Source: Amphiscolops sp. MND2022
Taxonomy: Eukaryota
Length of the DNA stretch: 64,000 nt
Direction: 5' to 3'
Assembly (NCBI GenBank): GCA_964187785.1
Contig: OZ076409.1
Span: 26,724,001 to 26,788,000 of the forward strand
Shown piece by piece: positions 12,801 to 25,765 of the stretch. The translations under genes were made by a program, and so were the position numbers. Position 1 is the first letter of the stretch; every line of letters starts with the position of its first letter. The notes beneath the pieces are model-generated. The model was given only the letters and a program-made list of their open reading frames with translations, ran no database searches and had not been told where the DNA came from.

Positions 12801-15800
12801 TCACTCCAACAAATGGCGCCAATTCCCAGCCAAACCAGAATGCATTTGAAAGCTCAGGTAAAGGCCTTTCAGGAGCAGAAAACCGATTTGAGCTGCGGTT
12901 ATTATTGGTAGAGGAATGAAGCTTTGAAAACTTTTTGCCAAATTTGTCAATTTTTCTACTTTTCAGTGTACTGTCGAGGTTATTCAAGACTAGGACAAGT
13001 AGCTAATTGTATCGTTGTTGAATTCTGTACAATTATGAATTCTGTATTCATAGCCACAAACCATTCAAAAATGTGAAACATTAGCATAGAACAGTCAAAG
13101 ATGAGAAGAAAGGAGATGGAAGTTAATTCCATAAATTCCAAGGGTTGGACGCCTTGTCTGCAATTTTGATTTTTTTTCATTTGGAATATGCACATAGAAT
13201 GCTACGTTACCATGTTTACAGCCAAGTAGCCAAAAAGCGGTCGGCTTGAAGCTGTGACTCCGAAGTGATGTAACTGCATCCTCTGGTACTCCAAAATCAG
13301 TTGATATTGGAATTGGAACATGTTCAGAAACTTGGTGAAAAATACTAATCCGATGTTTGACTTGGCACTAAGCATGTGCTTGCTCTTTACGCTGTCTCCG
13401 TCATTTTGAATGTAGAATGTGGACGAGAGCAGTTAGAGCGATAACACCGAGAACGAAGTAGCGTGAGAGCTCGCAGAAACTGTGAAAACCTCTAGAAAGA
13501 ATTTTTCAAGGTCATAATATTGATTTTTGGTATTATGCTACCTTAAATTGTAAGTTGCGAAACTTGGAAAGATGAGTCTTTTTTGCTTAATGGCCATTGT
13601 TTGTTACTTGGAGCCCGGGCACCATAGCTTGAAGCTGTGTGTTCGGCCATTTCGATGTGTCCTTTGATGTATTTTTACTGGTTTTATCAGTATTATGTAG
13701 TTCGAGAGCTAGTTTTAAACGTTATTCCCATGTCACCCTGGAAACGGAAATTTACCTTATTCTTGGCGTTGTTCTTATATGCTAGTTAAACGGTGGTCTG
13801 TACAGAGTCACGCTACTATTAGCAATCAAAGACTAGGTCCCGTTGGTATTTCTTGGTACAAAAGAATCCTTGGTAGCAAATTGATGTTTTTCGAACCACA
13901 AAAACAAAACTAATGTGAAGCATGAAATTGGAAACCTCGGTACGTTTCAGTTCATTCAAGATATCCTCTTCGAAAGAAATTCTTCATGCCCCCTTCTCAA
14001 AAAATTGCTAAAAATATTGTTTTGTTGTTGAGTGATGCGAAGCTTCATACACACGGAACGTTCGGAAAGTGTACCGAAATTGCATAAAAGAAATAAAAGA
14101 TTGCAGTTTTTTGAAAAAATTTGGCTATTTCTGTCGGCACGTTCCAAAACAAATTAAACATCTTTGCAAACACATGCTACAAACGTACTTTTATGGTACC
14201 TGAATTCTGGAAGAAGCTGTCATTTGTGTTTTAAATCGGACAGGCAAAACTAGGAAAATTGTTGATCAAATATTAAATGTTTTTTTAAGATATGGAAGTT
14301 TGAACACAAATGACGGAACTTAAAGTAATTTTTTGTCGTTTCTTGTATTCAAATCTGGTCAAAATGCCAGAGAAGTTTGTTGTCGAATCTCACATGTTTT
14401 GAAAGAGAAATGTGCAAACTTTCTGAGGAATGGTTGAAAAGATCTTTTTTTTTCATTTTTTGAATTTCATATTCAAAACTCAAAGCTTCATATGAACTTT
14501 CTCGCCCCATGCGACTTGATTCTGATTTTTTCATTCCCCAAAAGAGTTCTCCCTTCGTTTATTTAAAATTTCAGTTTAAAAAAGATTTTCTCAAGCTCAA
14601 AGGGCCCTTTCTTCGCTTTTCTGTCAGCACTGTGAGCCTTTGAGATTTCAAAATTTTTGCACAAAACATTTTTCTAACAAATTATTGTTTTCTGATCCAT
14701 AAGAGGTTGCCGATGTTTGCAGTTCTTGGCTTGTTTCTTTGATTTCTTGTCACCGTTTGACATTAAGATTGTTCTGCTGCATACAGTCCGTTCCACACTT
14801 TGGAAGCTCGAGTGTTACAAATTCTTGAAAGAAATCTCTTCTTTCGAAAATCTTCTTGACATGCGATATAGTAGGTTCCATCAAAGGCGTAGATCATGAG
14901 CAAACTAACACAATTTCAAGTGACGAACATTCAACTAAATATTCTGACCCAAATTCATTGAAAAATATCAACGTAGTGAACCTACCTTTCGGTGAAACGT
15001 TTTGGCAATTTTCAAAACAAAAACAAGCTTTCCGAGCAACTTCGCTGATATCTGCTAATACTTATTCTTTCGTGATTATTTTTTGCGCAAACTATTTCGC
15101 GCTAAGCAGAGATTCCTCCACTTACCACAGATGAATACGAGAAACGAAAAACGTGTGAAAAACAAAAATATGAGATTCGACAACAAATGGGATCTTTCGA
15201 AGCACCCATTTCAGTTTTGATCGACAGTTGAAATTAAACGTTAAAACTTTGAAAAGAAATCAGTAATGAAATACTAAGTTTTTGTATATTGGACTTGATT
15301 TTCAAAATTTTCAAAACTCTGTTTCACAATTTTTGAATGAAATTTATTCTGTTAATACATTGATAACGATAACATTCTTTGATTACAAGATGTTTTATAA
15401 ATGTGCAAGTGGGAAGCGTTTCGATTGAGAGAGTTAAAAGACAAATTAGCAAATGAAGAAATGAAAATAATTCGAAGTAACTACAATATAGGCAAGGCAA
15501 CTCTTTCGTCTGTTGAATTTATGGAAAAAAATTTAGGGAATCAGCTATACTGAATTGTTTTTACATTGAAAACTATCCCATGTGGATCAATTTTGGTCAA
15601 TAGTTCCATTGAAAAGAAATCAATTTCTGTATTTTACCAATATTCATGGTTTTGTTATTTTCCGCCCTCATAATTTTTTTGTGTATGGGGGAGGAAAATC
15701 ATAATCTGTGTTGCGTTTTTTTCAAATTTTTCCAAATCTCCACTTTTTACTCCACCTTTTACTTAATATCCTGGTGCTTAGAAAAATAGCTGCCATTTGT

Positions 15801-16002
15801 CCCAGCATGCTTTATACAAACTTTTATTGTTATATACGAGTAAATTGCGTTTTGCTGAGGAAGCATAGGTTCTAAATTATTGCGCTATATTTTGATTTTG
15901 ACGTTATATCCGAAGTAAATTGCGTTTTACCAAGGAGGAGGTAAATTTTCGATTAGGCATCTATTGTTAGCCAATTGAACACGGAAAATATCCCGGCTCT
16001 TA

Positions 16003-16439
16003 GCGTCATGTCCAACGTGCAGTTTGACTAAAAGTGATTACATAAATTGTGTAATTGAGAAACTGTGCGAAAACAAAGTGACTGAGACATTGAAGAAGTA
16101 AAAACACTTCCAGTTTTAGTTGAAACAGTAGATGCTGCCTTGTAATCCTGTGGCTGCTTCGTTTTTTTTACAAGTCTTACTCCAAAAAGTTCGTAGAGGC
16201 TGAGACCTCCCTTACGCTATTACAGCACTGTCACGTTTGTTTATCGAGAAATTATTTTCTTTCAATTTTTTGAGGACTTACTAAATGCGTCAACTGAAAA
16301 CAAATGTCCAAGTCATTTTGACAATCGAAGAAAAGTGTTTTCCGGAGAGATATAAGATATCACCTAGACTCTTTAAACACTTTGGTCAACTTTAGGTTTC
16401 TATGGTAGAATGTTCTTTGTTTCTTGCCCGCATTGAAAA
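16003..16439 (+). repeat. ~440 bp dispersed direct repeat, copy 1 (copy 2 at 20467-20910)
   Basis: GCGTCATGTCCAACGTGCAGTTTGACTAAAAGTGATTAC...GCCCGCATTGAAAA is shared and colinear between the two copies. Confidence 0.9.
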
Positions 16440-16917
16440 TTTTTTCTTGTACAGTAGTCGCAGTCAGAACAAAACAAGTTTCCCTTTAATTTGACTTGAG
16501 CCATATTTTGAGTTTTGTAGAGAAATAATTCATTGTAACTAGCACAAATTGTTACTTTTTGACACTTTTATCTATTTTTTGCCAAAGTTTTTTCACTCGA
16601 TGCCGTCAAATAATGCATCAAGAAAAACTTCAGGTTTGTATATTTCTTATAGGAAACTAAATATGCGCCTTTTAGTTTTGTGTGTTTAGTTAGGTCGCAA
16701 AACATCAAAAATAGCATGTGAACTATCTTAGTTTGTTTAGCGAAAGCGTACTTTTTTGGAAGTTCGCACTAATTTTATTTAGCATTAAGGCTGCTCAAAA
16801 TCGACGTGCCTTCTTCCTAATCATCAATTTTTTCGTCGAACAAACAATTTGCAAGAAAACAGTTCACTCTGTCGCGTGCACGCCACACGCCACACCAAAT
16901 CTTTTCTACACAATAAT

Positions 16918-18166
16918 TTTTGCGTCTGCAAGGTAAACTAACAGAAATACTTACCAAGCTTTACGACGGCCTGGTTGACATCTTGCGGACAATTTCTATA
17001 TCTGATTTGTCCAGGAAAGGCACTTGCAAAAACAACTAATCAAGAACCTTCAATAGGTGATTCGCAACTAATTTCAATGAAAATTTTAGCTTGCGTTACT
17101 TTGAATAAGTTTCGGAAGTCGGTGAAGCAATTACTGCATCTTTGACTTTGCACTTATTCCGTTTCGCGAACATAAAGTAGCTTTAAACTGTGACTATAGC
17201 AATCAACTTAGCTGTCCTGATGAAGAGTAGCTTCTGTTGATCTGCTAAACCAATTGATCGATCCCAATCCTTGTGTCCACGATAACGATCTCAAGCAAAA
17301 ATATCACAACTGTATGCAATATAAGAAATTGACGTTGGAATTTCGAAACAATATAATATCACTCGTTCAACTCAAAAAAGCTCTTCAATAACCAGAGTTA
17401 CCTGAATTAATTGTACGAGAAACTTCCAAGCTTTCACTTTCCTCAATACTTGAGTAGCAAAGTCGACTGATTTGAATCTCTACTTGGTTGCTGTGTGTCT
17501 TAGTAGGAGTTAACTCTGGTTAATTTTTCATACAGGAAATACCAAATGGCGAATGTTTGTGGTTAAATTTACCATCACCATACAAGCACCTTGACATATA
17601 GAATAAGCAGAAACAAACTATTTAGCTGGGCTAGATGTATACACCAAAATATGTAAAAGTATATATAAAATGCATACATTTAAGCAAGATTAAGGCATAC
17701 ATTTACACATGTTATTTGCTATAGAATAATCAACGATGTTTGTAAATGGTGCTGTTGGATCCACAGAGCACCCAGGTAGCCCAAATATGGAGTTCATATC
17801 AAGTTAAATACGATAAACAAAGAATAAAGTCCAAATATACACTGACTTTGAAATAGGAATCCAAAATGGGACGTAAGAGGGGAATTGACAATTTTTTAAC
17901 TTCGATTTTCGATTTTATAGTTCAAATCTCTCATTTGGGTCAAAATATGTCGATTGGGCGAAAACTAGCACTCAAATTCAATTCTACACATTTTTACAGC
18001 ATTTTGAAATTGGCAAACTCGACTTATTTTTCCTTCAATTTTTCGGTACAAATTTTGAGGCGCCAACAATGCCGGCCCCATTTTCAGCTCGAAAATGCTT
18101 CTCAAAAAGTGGCGCCAGTTTAACGACAGGTCGTTTCAGGGTTCCATCGACAGTTTTGATTAGTGC
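16918..18166 (-). mobile_element. 5'-truncated copy of the BEL/Pao element: integrase C-terminus + PPT + 3' LTR (LTR 16918-18068)
   Basis: Reverse complement aligns with 40628-41873 (GCACTAATCAAAACTGTCGATGGAACCCTG..GGGGCCGGCAT|TGTTGGCGCC..TTGCAGACGCAAAA). It is more diverged than the LTR pair of the full element. Confidence 0.95.
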
Positions 18167-18736
18167 CATCCTATTTAATGGTCACTCGCTAGCTTTTTTG
18201 AGCTTTTTTCCAATCCGGTCAAATTGGACATCAAAAGTTTCTACAAAATGCCAAAATGATTCAAAGGAGCCTCACTTTCATTTTTAACATATTTATCCGG
18301 ATTAAAAAGCATGTTTATTTTCGGCGATGTGCCAATTTTTGAATAAAATTTCCCCCTTTGGTTTGTTCTCTTTTTTTTTAGTTCAAAAAAAGTGCTTTTG
18401 AAATTGCTTTGGTTATTTGACACTGTGAATTTGAAGTAGTTCCTTCACGTTTTCAAGAACTTACGCTTCTTGATACTTCAGCGAGGCGCCTTAATCATGT
18501 TTCCGGCTTTTTTGGAAACATCGGCAAACGCCGAATCCAGTGAATGGAATATCTCTCGATTTTTCCAAAAAGACACCCACAAGAAGCCCGAATATTTTTC
18601 TATGCTAAGTCAGATTATGTTCTCAAAATAATCAAAGATCTCAAGTTTTCACGGTACTTCTATGACTTTCTAGTATCTGTTTTTGTCCTGTATTTCCTAA
18701 ATAACAATTGCTTCTTGAACAGCGCATTTTCCATTA

Positions 18737-20185
18737 CAGTCGAATCCGAATAATTTCACCCCCCTGGGGCACCGGCAAACATGTGAAATTATCCGAAGTG
18801 TGAAATAAAACGAAGTAGGCTAAATTTATCGATTTTTAGTCGGCGCATTTTCCTTTAAGGAAAAAAGCCCGACTATTACAGTGGCTAGTTTTTTTTCTTT
18901 TTTTTTCGTCAGACCACAGAGCTCATCGCGTATGTTCACTTTTTACAGAAACTGATAAGTTCACTCAGGCCAAGTTCGACCAATGCAAACTTACTGCAAA
19001 GGGTCCCCCTTTCGTTTTTTACCTTTTTTACGTAACCTACAAAACCGGAAGACTCCAAAGGGTCCCCCCTTTCAATTTTTTTCCGCACTGTGCGAATTTT
19101 TTTTTCGAAAATTTTTAATGTCTCAAAAGAGTCCCCCCTTCGGATTTTTTGATATTTTGCAACAGAAAGTATGTTAATGAATCCCAAAGGGTCCCCCCTT
19201 TTCATTTTTCGGCACTATGCGACGTTTTCGAAGTTTTTTTCAAAAAAAAAATTCATAAAATTTTCAAAATTTTTTTTTGTTTCCAGTCGGGAAAAGTGAT
19301 TTTCCAGTCATATCGAGCACGAAAGGCACACTTTGGGTGTCTCGAAAGTGTTTTCAAAGCTTTTCATGAATACATCCTGGGCATATTTGGAAAACTCTGC
19401 GCTTTTTGAGCCTTAGATATAGCGCTGACTTTGGACGTTCCCGTCTTGTTTACTCTACAGTATACTAAAAACCTCAATTTCCAAATAAATCAGTCATAAC
19501 AGTTTGTTTCTTCGGTTTTGCGCCTTGTTCATCTGAGTTCTCGATAGAATCCGATTTTTCCGCGAAGTGCTCGTGTTCAGGCAATGATGAGTGTTCTGAA
19601 TTTTGTTGCTACAAAGTCGCTATTCATTTGAATTAGTAACGACTGGGCCTTTTCGAAGTAAAATTGGTCCATTCAGCGGAATATTCTCGCTCCTTGCCTG
19701 ATGACACCACGTGAGCAAAGCTCGCTCCACGTCACCGGCGCTGCTCTGCCTAGCACGCTTTCTGTCGGGTTGTTTGTTGCTTAAATTGTTTGCCCGAAGT
19801 TTCTCTTCCTGACCCTTGATTTTCGAAACTGTTGGTCGATCAATTCCATTTTTTGCAACATCAGATTGACTGCAACCGTTTTCAATTCGTCCAGCAGCTG
19901 GAGTTTTTTCTCAGAAGTCAGGGATACGTGTGCTTTGCGTTTAGATGAGTCCAGGTAGGTACATGTATCTGAAATGTAGCCAGGTTGCAGCTACCTACAC
20001 GAGTGAGATTGAATGAGTGAAATTATTCAGTGCAAATTGACCGATACGAGTTAAGTATTCAATGAAATTATCCGGAATGTGAAATTAGGTGTGAAGAAAT
20101 TAACCGGACCTAATTAGTCCTACAGCTGCGTGGGACATTCAATTTGTGTGAAATTAAGCGGCGTGAAATTATCTGGTTTCCACTG
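18737..20185 (-). mobile_element. pogo/Tigger-type DNA transposon, internal deletion derivative
   Basis: Imperfect TIRs CAGTCGAATCCGAATAATTTCAC / CAGTGGAAACCAGATAATTTCAC, both flanked by TA. Minus strand ~19610-19955 encodes frameshifted CENP-B-type HTHs (KRKAHVSLTSEKKLQLLDEL..; RKRARQSSAGDVERALLTWCHQARSENIPLNGPIL..EKAQ). C-terminus reads KKQTVMTDLFGN*. No DDE domain is visible. Confidence 0.85.
18833..19450 (+). mobile_element. HINE family A copy nested in the pogo element
   Basis: TTTTTAGTCGGCGC..GCCCGACT 5' end and GCGCTGACTTTGGACGTTCCCGTCTTGTT 3' end. Internal AAAGGGTCCCCC tandem units; no TSD. Confidence 0.8.
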
Positions 20186-20466
20186 TACAAAAATTAACGG
20201 ACCATCAAAATCATCCCTTTTAATTTCACTCTCCGTAACCTTAGTTGAAACAGATTGACCTTTGTACAAGTTTTTGTAGATTGCCAAGCATTATTTTCAA
20301 TTGACTTTTATCAAGCTGCCTGAAAGAAGCAAAACAAATTTGGGGCTATTTTTGTGTTTTGCTAATTTTACAATCCAAACGTCGTACTTTAAAACGCAGC
20401 TGAAACTTGGTTACTACGGCCATTTAAAAGAAAATTACCTACTGACACTTTGCAATATTCACAATC

Positions 20467-20910
20467 GCGTCATGTCCAACGTGCAGTTTGACTAAAAGTG
20501 ATTACATAAATTGTGTAATTGAGAAACTGTGCGAAAACAAAGTGACTGAGACAGTGAAGAAGTAAAAATACTTTCAGTTTTAGTTGAAACAGTAGACGCT
20601 GCCTTGTATTCCTGTGGCTGCTTCGTTTTTTTTACAGATTTTACACCTGAAAGTAACAGAGGCTGAGACCTCCTTTAGGTTATTACACCACTGACACACT
20701 TGTTTATCGAGAAATGATTTTCTTTCGATTGCTTACATTTTTGGGGAATTACTAAATGCGTCAGTTAAAAACAAATATCGAAGTTATTTTGACAATCGAA
20801 CAAAAGGTTTTCCGAAGAGATATATAAGATATCGCTTAGACTCTTTAAGCACTTTGGTCAACTTTAGATTTCTATTGTAGAACGTTCTTGGTTTCTTGCC
20901 CGCATTGAAA
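20467..20910 (+). repeat. ~440 bp dispersed direct repeat, copy 2
   Basis: Colinear match to 16003-16439. Confidence 0.9.
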
Positions 20911-23900
20911 AAAACATTGAAAAAATTTTCAATCTATATAGCCGGTGACAAATATGCTGAGCAGAAAGTTCATGACTGAATATAAGGATTATCGAAAGAC
21001 AATGGAAATTCTACAAAAGTATACTTTTGCGGAATAATGCACTTTAGAGCAGAATCAAGCAAGTTGCTCATTACAATGTGGTATTTTGTTACCAAAAGAC
21101 CTTTCTGGAAACCCAATTAGTGTTAAGGTTATTGAATTGCTGGCTTTCAAAACCCGCATAAAATTCAAACCATCAAAGAGCAGTTTTGTGAAAATATGAG
21201 TCTGTGGTTTCATTAACGTCTTGATAGGAAATCAAACATGTAGTAAATCATTTGAGACACAGTTCCTGTTTTTCTCACACTTTGAGTTATAATTGGACTT
21301 TAGTGTACTGTAGTTTCATAAACTGAAAGATTTGTGAAAGATCGTTGGTGTACCGAGTATCCAACTTACAAGGCAATTGATTGCGCAACAAATTTCAAAT
21401 TTGAAATAATCTTGATCAAATGAAAACACCTTTACTCGATTAGCAGGATATTATAAGTGCTTCAGTTTAGTTGAGCTCTTCCGTAGAGAAATTTGGTGCT
21501 TGTCTGGCAAACAAAGTTGTGCTGGAAGAACCGTGGACCATCTGACTCGTTCCAAATTATTTCCATATTAGTCCCGGTCGATAGTATTTTTCATTAATCC
21601 ATATGCTTGATCTCAAGTGACAAGTCCATGTAGTTCACATGAAAATGCATGATTATTTGTAAATTTTTTAAAATCACTTATAACAAATAACTTTAAAGTA
21701 GGCAAGAGGTAGTACATAATGAGGTCCTAGAAAACTAAAACACACTAGGTTTCACTTGATCGCAATAAAAATTTCAAAAGGGGCGCAAATATACGCACCG
21801 GTAACCAAAAATTTTGATCATCCGACAAATTGGCCAGTATTAGAAAATACTAAAGCGGCAAATGTATAAGCTAATTGTCTGATGTAATTCAAAGGATTTT
21901 TGGCTTTTTAATACAATTCTACAAAAAATCTGTTAAGTTCAGTTTTGTTTGTCCGACATAATTGAAATTTCTGCATTGTTCTTCGTCTCTTCTCAATATT
22001 TCTAAGTGTCATACTTTCGGGAGTGTATTCCCTTCTTTACCCTTAAAAACTCAAGCATTGGAGTGAAACTTTCAGAAATCGATAAGTGAGACAATCTCTG
22101 GATCCTCATGATAAAAAAATCTAGAGTGCTCAACTTTGCTGAATGAATTCATTTTTTGTTCCTGACCTTTGATTTTCACCGTCTTTCAAGTTCCCTCTAA
22201 TCTTGCGAATATCCTCCTCATTTATGTGGCAGGTACTCGGTGCATTCAAAAGTAATTCCGTCCATCCAGAAAGGATTAAATTCAGTAATAGACATTTTAG
22301 AACTGTTCAATGGGTGAATCAAAAGTTGTTGGTCGCTTTAGGGGATATATTGGTTGTCCTAAACATCAAAAGAACCATTCCAAACGTTTTCAGCCGAATT
22401 CTGACTGTACCAAAAAATTGGCGTCAACTCAGTAGTTCATGCTGAAAAAAAATTTCAGCTTTCTATACTCCAAAAACAACTGTTGACCGTCAATAATGTC
22501 TTGGAAAATAGACTGTGACACAAACTTTCCAAACAGGCACGGCTTGTTTAACTAACTGTGCTGACGTGGAAAATTGGCTCCCTGTAAATTTTTATTTTCT
22601 AAATTTGACAACGTTCGGTCTCATCATAGTACCTAATGGTATGGGTATGAAAGCTGTTTCAGTTCAAACTGGTCTCCAAAACAACTTGATGACAACATTG
22701 AGAGCCTGAAGTCACGCATTCTTGATTAGAAAATCAACAACTTCAGTTTTTGAGTCACAAAGAACTTAATTTTCATCACAATCAGAATGTGTTTTTCGAT
22801 CAGAACGAAAAATTATTCCAATAGGAGTTAAGATTTCACTTTTAATTGAGCCAGTTCAGAGATTTAGATGTTTGGAGGAAAACTGACAACTTTTAGCACT
22901 TCTTACAGATATTTTTCGATTTTCAATACGTTTACGGCGTATATAAAAAATTGTCACTTGTGAATACTGCGGTGTTTTTCGGGTATCTCTCAAAATTGGT
23001 TGGAATTTTTTCCGGCTGTGGGAGATTGTGTCAATACTCCTACAGAAGCAACTTTTTTGAACTCTTTCCAAAAACAGCCCTTGATCAAATTTTAACGACT
23101 TTGTGATTCTTGAAACTTGAACAGGAAGTCGGTTTGGGCTATTCCCGTTTTACTGACTATGAGCTGTTTTTGTTGTTTTTATTTTCAAATAATTTTATAA
23201 ATTGTATCAACCCTAAACTGTTAAACCTTTGACAATACCATGTTGAAAAGTCGACCAAACATTTCGAACACCACATGATCACATTTATGCAGGTCATGGC
23301 ACGTCAATTTACTCGGTGTAAATCCAAAATGAAAAGAGTAAACTGTTAGTGAATGGTAGGCGTCTAGAAGGATTCCTCCACTTCTTGTCTTTCCGTTACA
23401 GATTGACAAATTTGGTTTCTTTTGTGTTTGTGAATCAACTCAGGAAATAATATATAATTGCAGTTTCCGATACTTGGTTAGAATTAGCAAAGTATTCAGT
23501 GATGTTTTTTGTTATTTCTTTGCAGCCAGGCCATTGAAAATTTCTCGAGTAGAATTGAAAAACTGCAGTTCTGACAAACATGAGCTCTAAATAAAATTTG
23601 CTTGTAGAAAAGTCAGAAAATGAAATTTCGAAAAAGATGTGTATTCATGGTTTCATTATTGTGACATTATTTATATATGATGCTGAGCACCGAGATATTT
23701 TCTGCTCTCTTTTGTTCTAGCAACGTTGCGCTACATATTTCATGTATGCGACGTAGCCAAAAAGTTGATTTGACACTTCTTGAATCATTATAGGCAGTTT
23801 GTTTTTAAAAGTCCAGGTTCCAAGAAAAATTTCAAAGTTCTTCAAAAGCTTTTTTCTTGAACTCAGAATATTCATTTTAATGAAAACAAGAACAATATGT

Positions 23901-24164
23901 ACAAAACTCGTTGAAAAATGAATTGAAATTAACCATTTTTGAATTTCGGTTGTTTTACATTTTAGTTTTTCAGAAATTTCAGAGCAGGAGTTACAACTCT
24001 GGTAACTAATCCGTGGCCACACTGTTCTCATCACAGCCCCACCGGTGGACACTACGGTTTTCTAGACTCTTTTTGCGGTGGCCATGAGTGAGCCACCGGT
24101 AGGCTACCAACGAAAACATTCAAAGTTTTGTAAAGTTTGGTGACGCGAACCTGCATTTTTTAGA

Positions 24165-24962
24165 TGCCCAAAGGGTCCCCCCTGCATTTTTTTAGATGTT
24201 TTGCGACAGAATGGATGTTGAAAAATCCCAAAGGGTCCCCCCTTTCAGTTTTTTTTCGGCATTGTGAATTTTTTCCCGAAAATGAAAATTTTTGTTTTCT
24301 TCAATTTTTTCATGTTTTGCGACAGAATGGATGTTGAAAAACCACAAAGGGTACCCCCTTTCAATTTTTCGGCATTGTGAGACTTTAGCGCGCCAGTCGG
24401 TCCATTTTTTTGAGTATGTAATTTTTTCGAAAAATTTTTTTCCAAAAAATTTCGATTTTCGAGTACTGTAAAAGAGTACTTGACAATTGGAAGTCTTTTT
24501 ACTATTTTTGAGCAGGGCTGTCATATTGTTAGTTAAAAACGATATTAACATGTTAACATGTAAATTACACAAAAGTAGATGTAAATAACAGTAAAATTGT
24601 AAAAATCAAAATCTTAGTCTTTGTTCAACTGCTTGAACAAAAAGGCCATTTTTCCCGCTTTTTCAACTCAATTTCCGTATTGCAAGCCTTGCATTTCCCT
24701 TTTTTAACACCATTAACAGTAACAGAAAGAAATTTATCCCACACCGGCTTTTTCGCTGGAGGCATTTCAGTGATCTGAAAAAATACAATAACACCGAATG
24801 ATGAAAATCCCAAAAAAACTGTTAAAATCGGATGTTAATTTCAAAACATTCATGTAAATAACATGTAAATTAAAGGCTTGTTAATAACACTATGTAAATA
24901 ACATGACAGCCCTGTTTTTGAGCCTTGGATATGGCGCCGACTTGGGCCGGTCCCGGCTTGTT
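24165..24962 (+). mobile_element. HINE family A, 5'-truncated, interrupted by a hAT element
   Basis: AAAGGGTCCCCC tandem units and the GGCGCCGACTTGGGCCGGTCCCGGCTTGTT 3' end. The conserved CTATTTTTGAG|CCTT motif is split by the insertion. Confidence 0.75.
24513..24914 (-). mobile_element. Non-autonomous hAT transposon (402 bp deletion derivative)
   Basis: TIR CAGGGCTGTCAT..ATGACAGCCCTG and an 8-bp TSD TTTTTGAG (24505-24512 and 24915-24922). Internal minus-strand peptide MPPAKKPVWDKF..KGKCKAC resembles the start of a BED zinc finger. Confidence 0.9.
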
Positions 24963-25084
24963 TTGCTTAATAATCCGATTCTTAGCCCTGCGCTTGAGGT
25001 TTTGTTAGAGTATGACTGATCTAAATGTGCTCTGCAAAACTGCTTATGGAGCGGCTTTAGGTCACGCTGTATCAGAGTGGGTGT

Positions 25085-25653
25085 GCGACAGAATGGATGT
25101 TGAAAAACCCAAAGGGTCTCCCTTTTAGCGCTCAAGGGGTCCGCGGTAGCAGGCCCCAGGCGCGCCAGTTCGGTCGTCTGGGTTTTTCGGAAGTTTTTGA
25201 AACTTTTTTTTGATTTTGATACTTTGAGTATTTCGACACTTGATGTCCTTTTGCTATTTTGAGCCCTAGATATGGCGCCGACTTATGTCGTTCCCGGCTT
25301 GTTCATCCAGTTCATGATTGATTGTGGCAGGAAAAAGAGTGCTAGGGTTTCGCTTTTTTGTCGTCGAATGAAGTTCCAAAAGCATTTTTCTGAAGTCCCC
25401 CCTTTCAGTTTTTTGGCATTGTGCGATTTCTTTCAAAAATTATTTTTTTTCACCAAAGGATCAGCCCTTCACCTTTTTTGATGAATTGCCACAAAATGGA
25501 CAAAAAATCTCAAAGGGTCTCCCCTGGCGCGCCAATTCGGTCCAACTTTTGGGCTTTTCGGGTACTGTAGGAGAGAATACTTGACACTCTGAAGTCCTTT
25601 TGCTATTTTTCAGCCCTAGAAATGGCGCCGCTTTTTGTCGTTCCCGGTTTGTT
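25085..25653 (+). mobile_element. Two tandem 3' fragments of HINE family A (ends at 25303 and 25653)
   Basis: GAGCCCTAGATATGGCGCCGACTTATGTCGTTCCCGGCTTGTT and CAGCCCTAGAAATGGCGCCG..GTCGTTCCCGGTTTGTT. Confidence 0.65.
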
Positions 25654-25765
25654 TCCGTTCTAAATTCCGTTTCTGAATATCTGTTTTTTGAATATTAAAT
25701 GACTATGTCAAAATTAGGAGAAAAACTCTGGTTTAGCAATTTTTTCCTGAAGATGAAATGCGGAC

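Noticed and set aside
17210..17260. CTGATGA in the LTR antisense strand as a hammerhead ribozyme core
   Set aside because: No GAAA follows a credible stem II, and no stems I/III with a cleavage triplet could be formed by eye.
18995..19225. Regularly recurring AAAGGGTCCCCC motifs as a CRISPR array
   Set aside because: The spacers are related to each other, the repeats are degenerate, no cas genes are present and the context is eukaryotic. They are internal tandem units of HINE-A.
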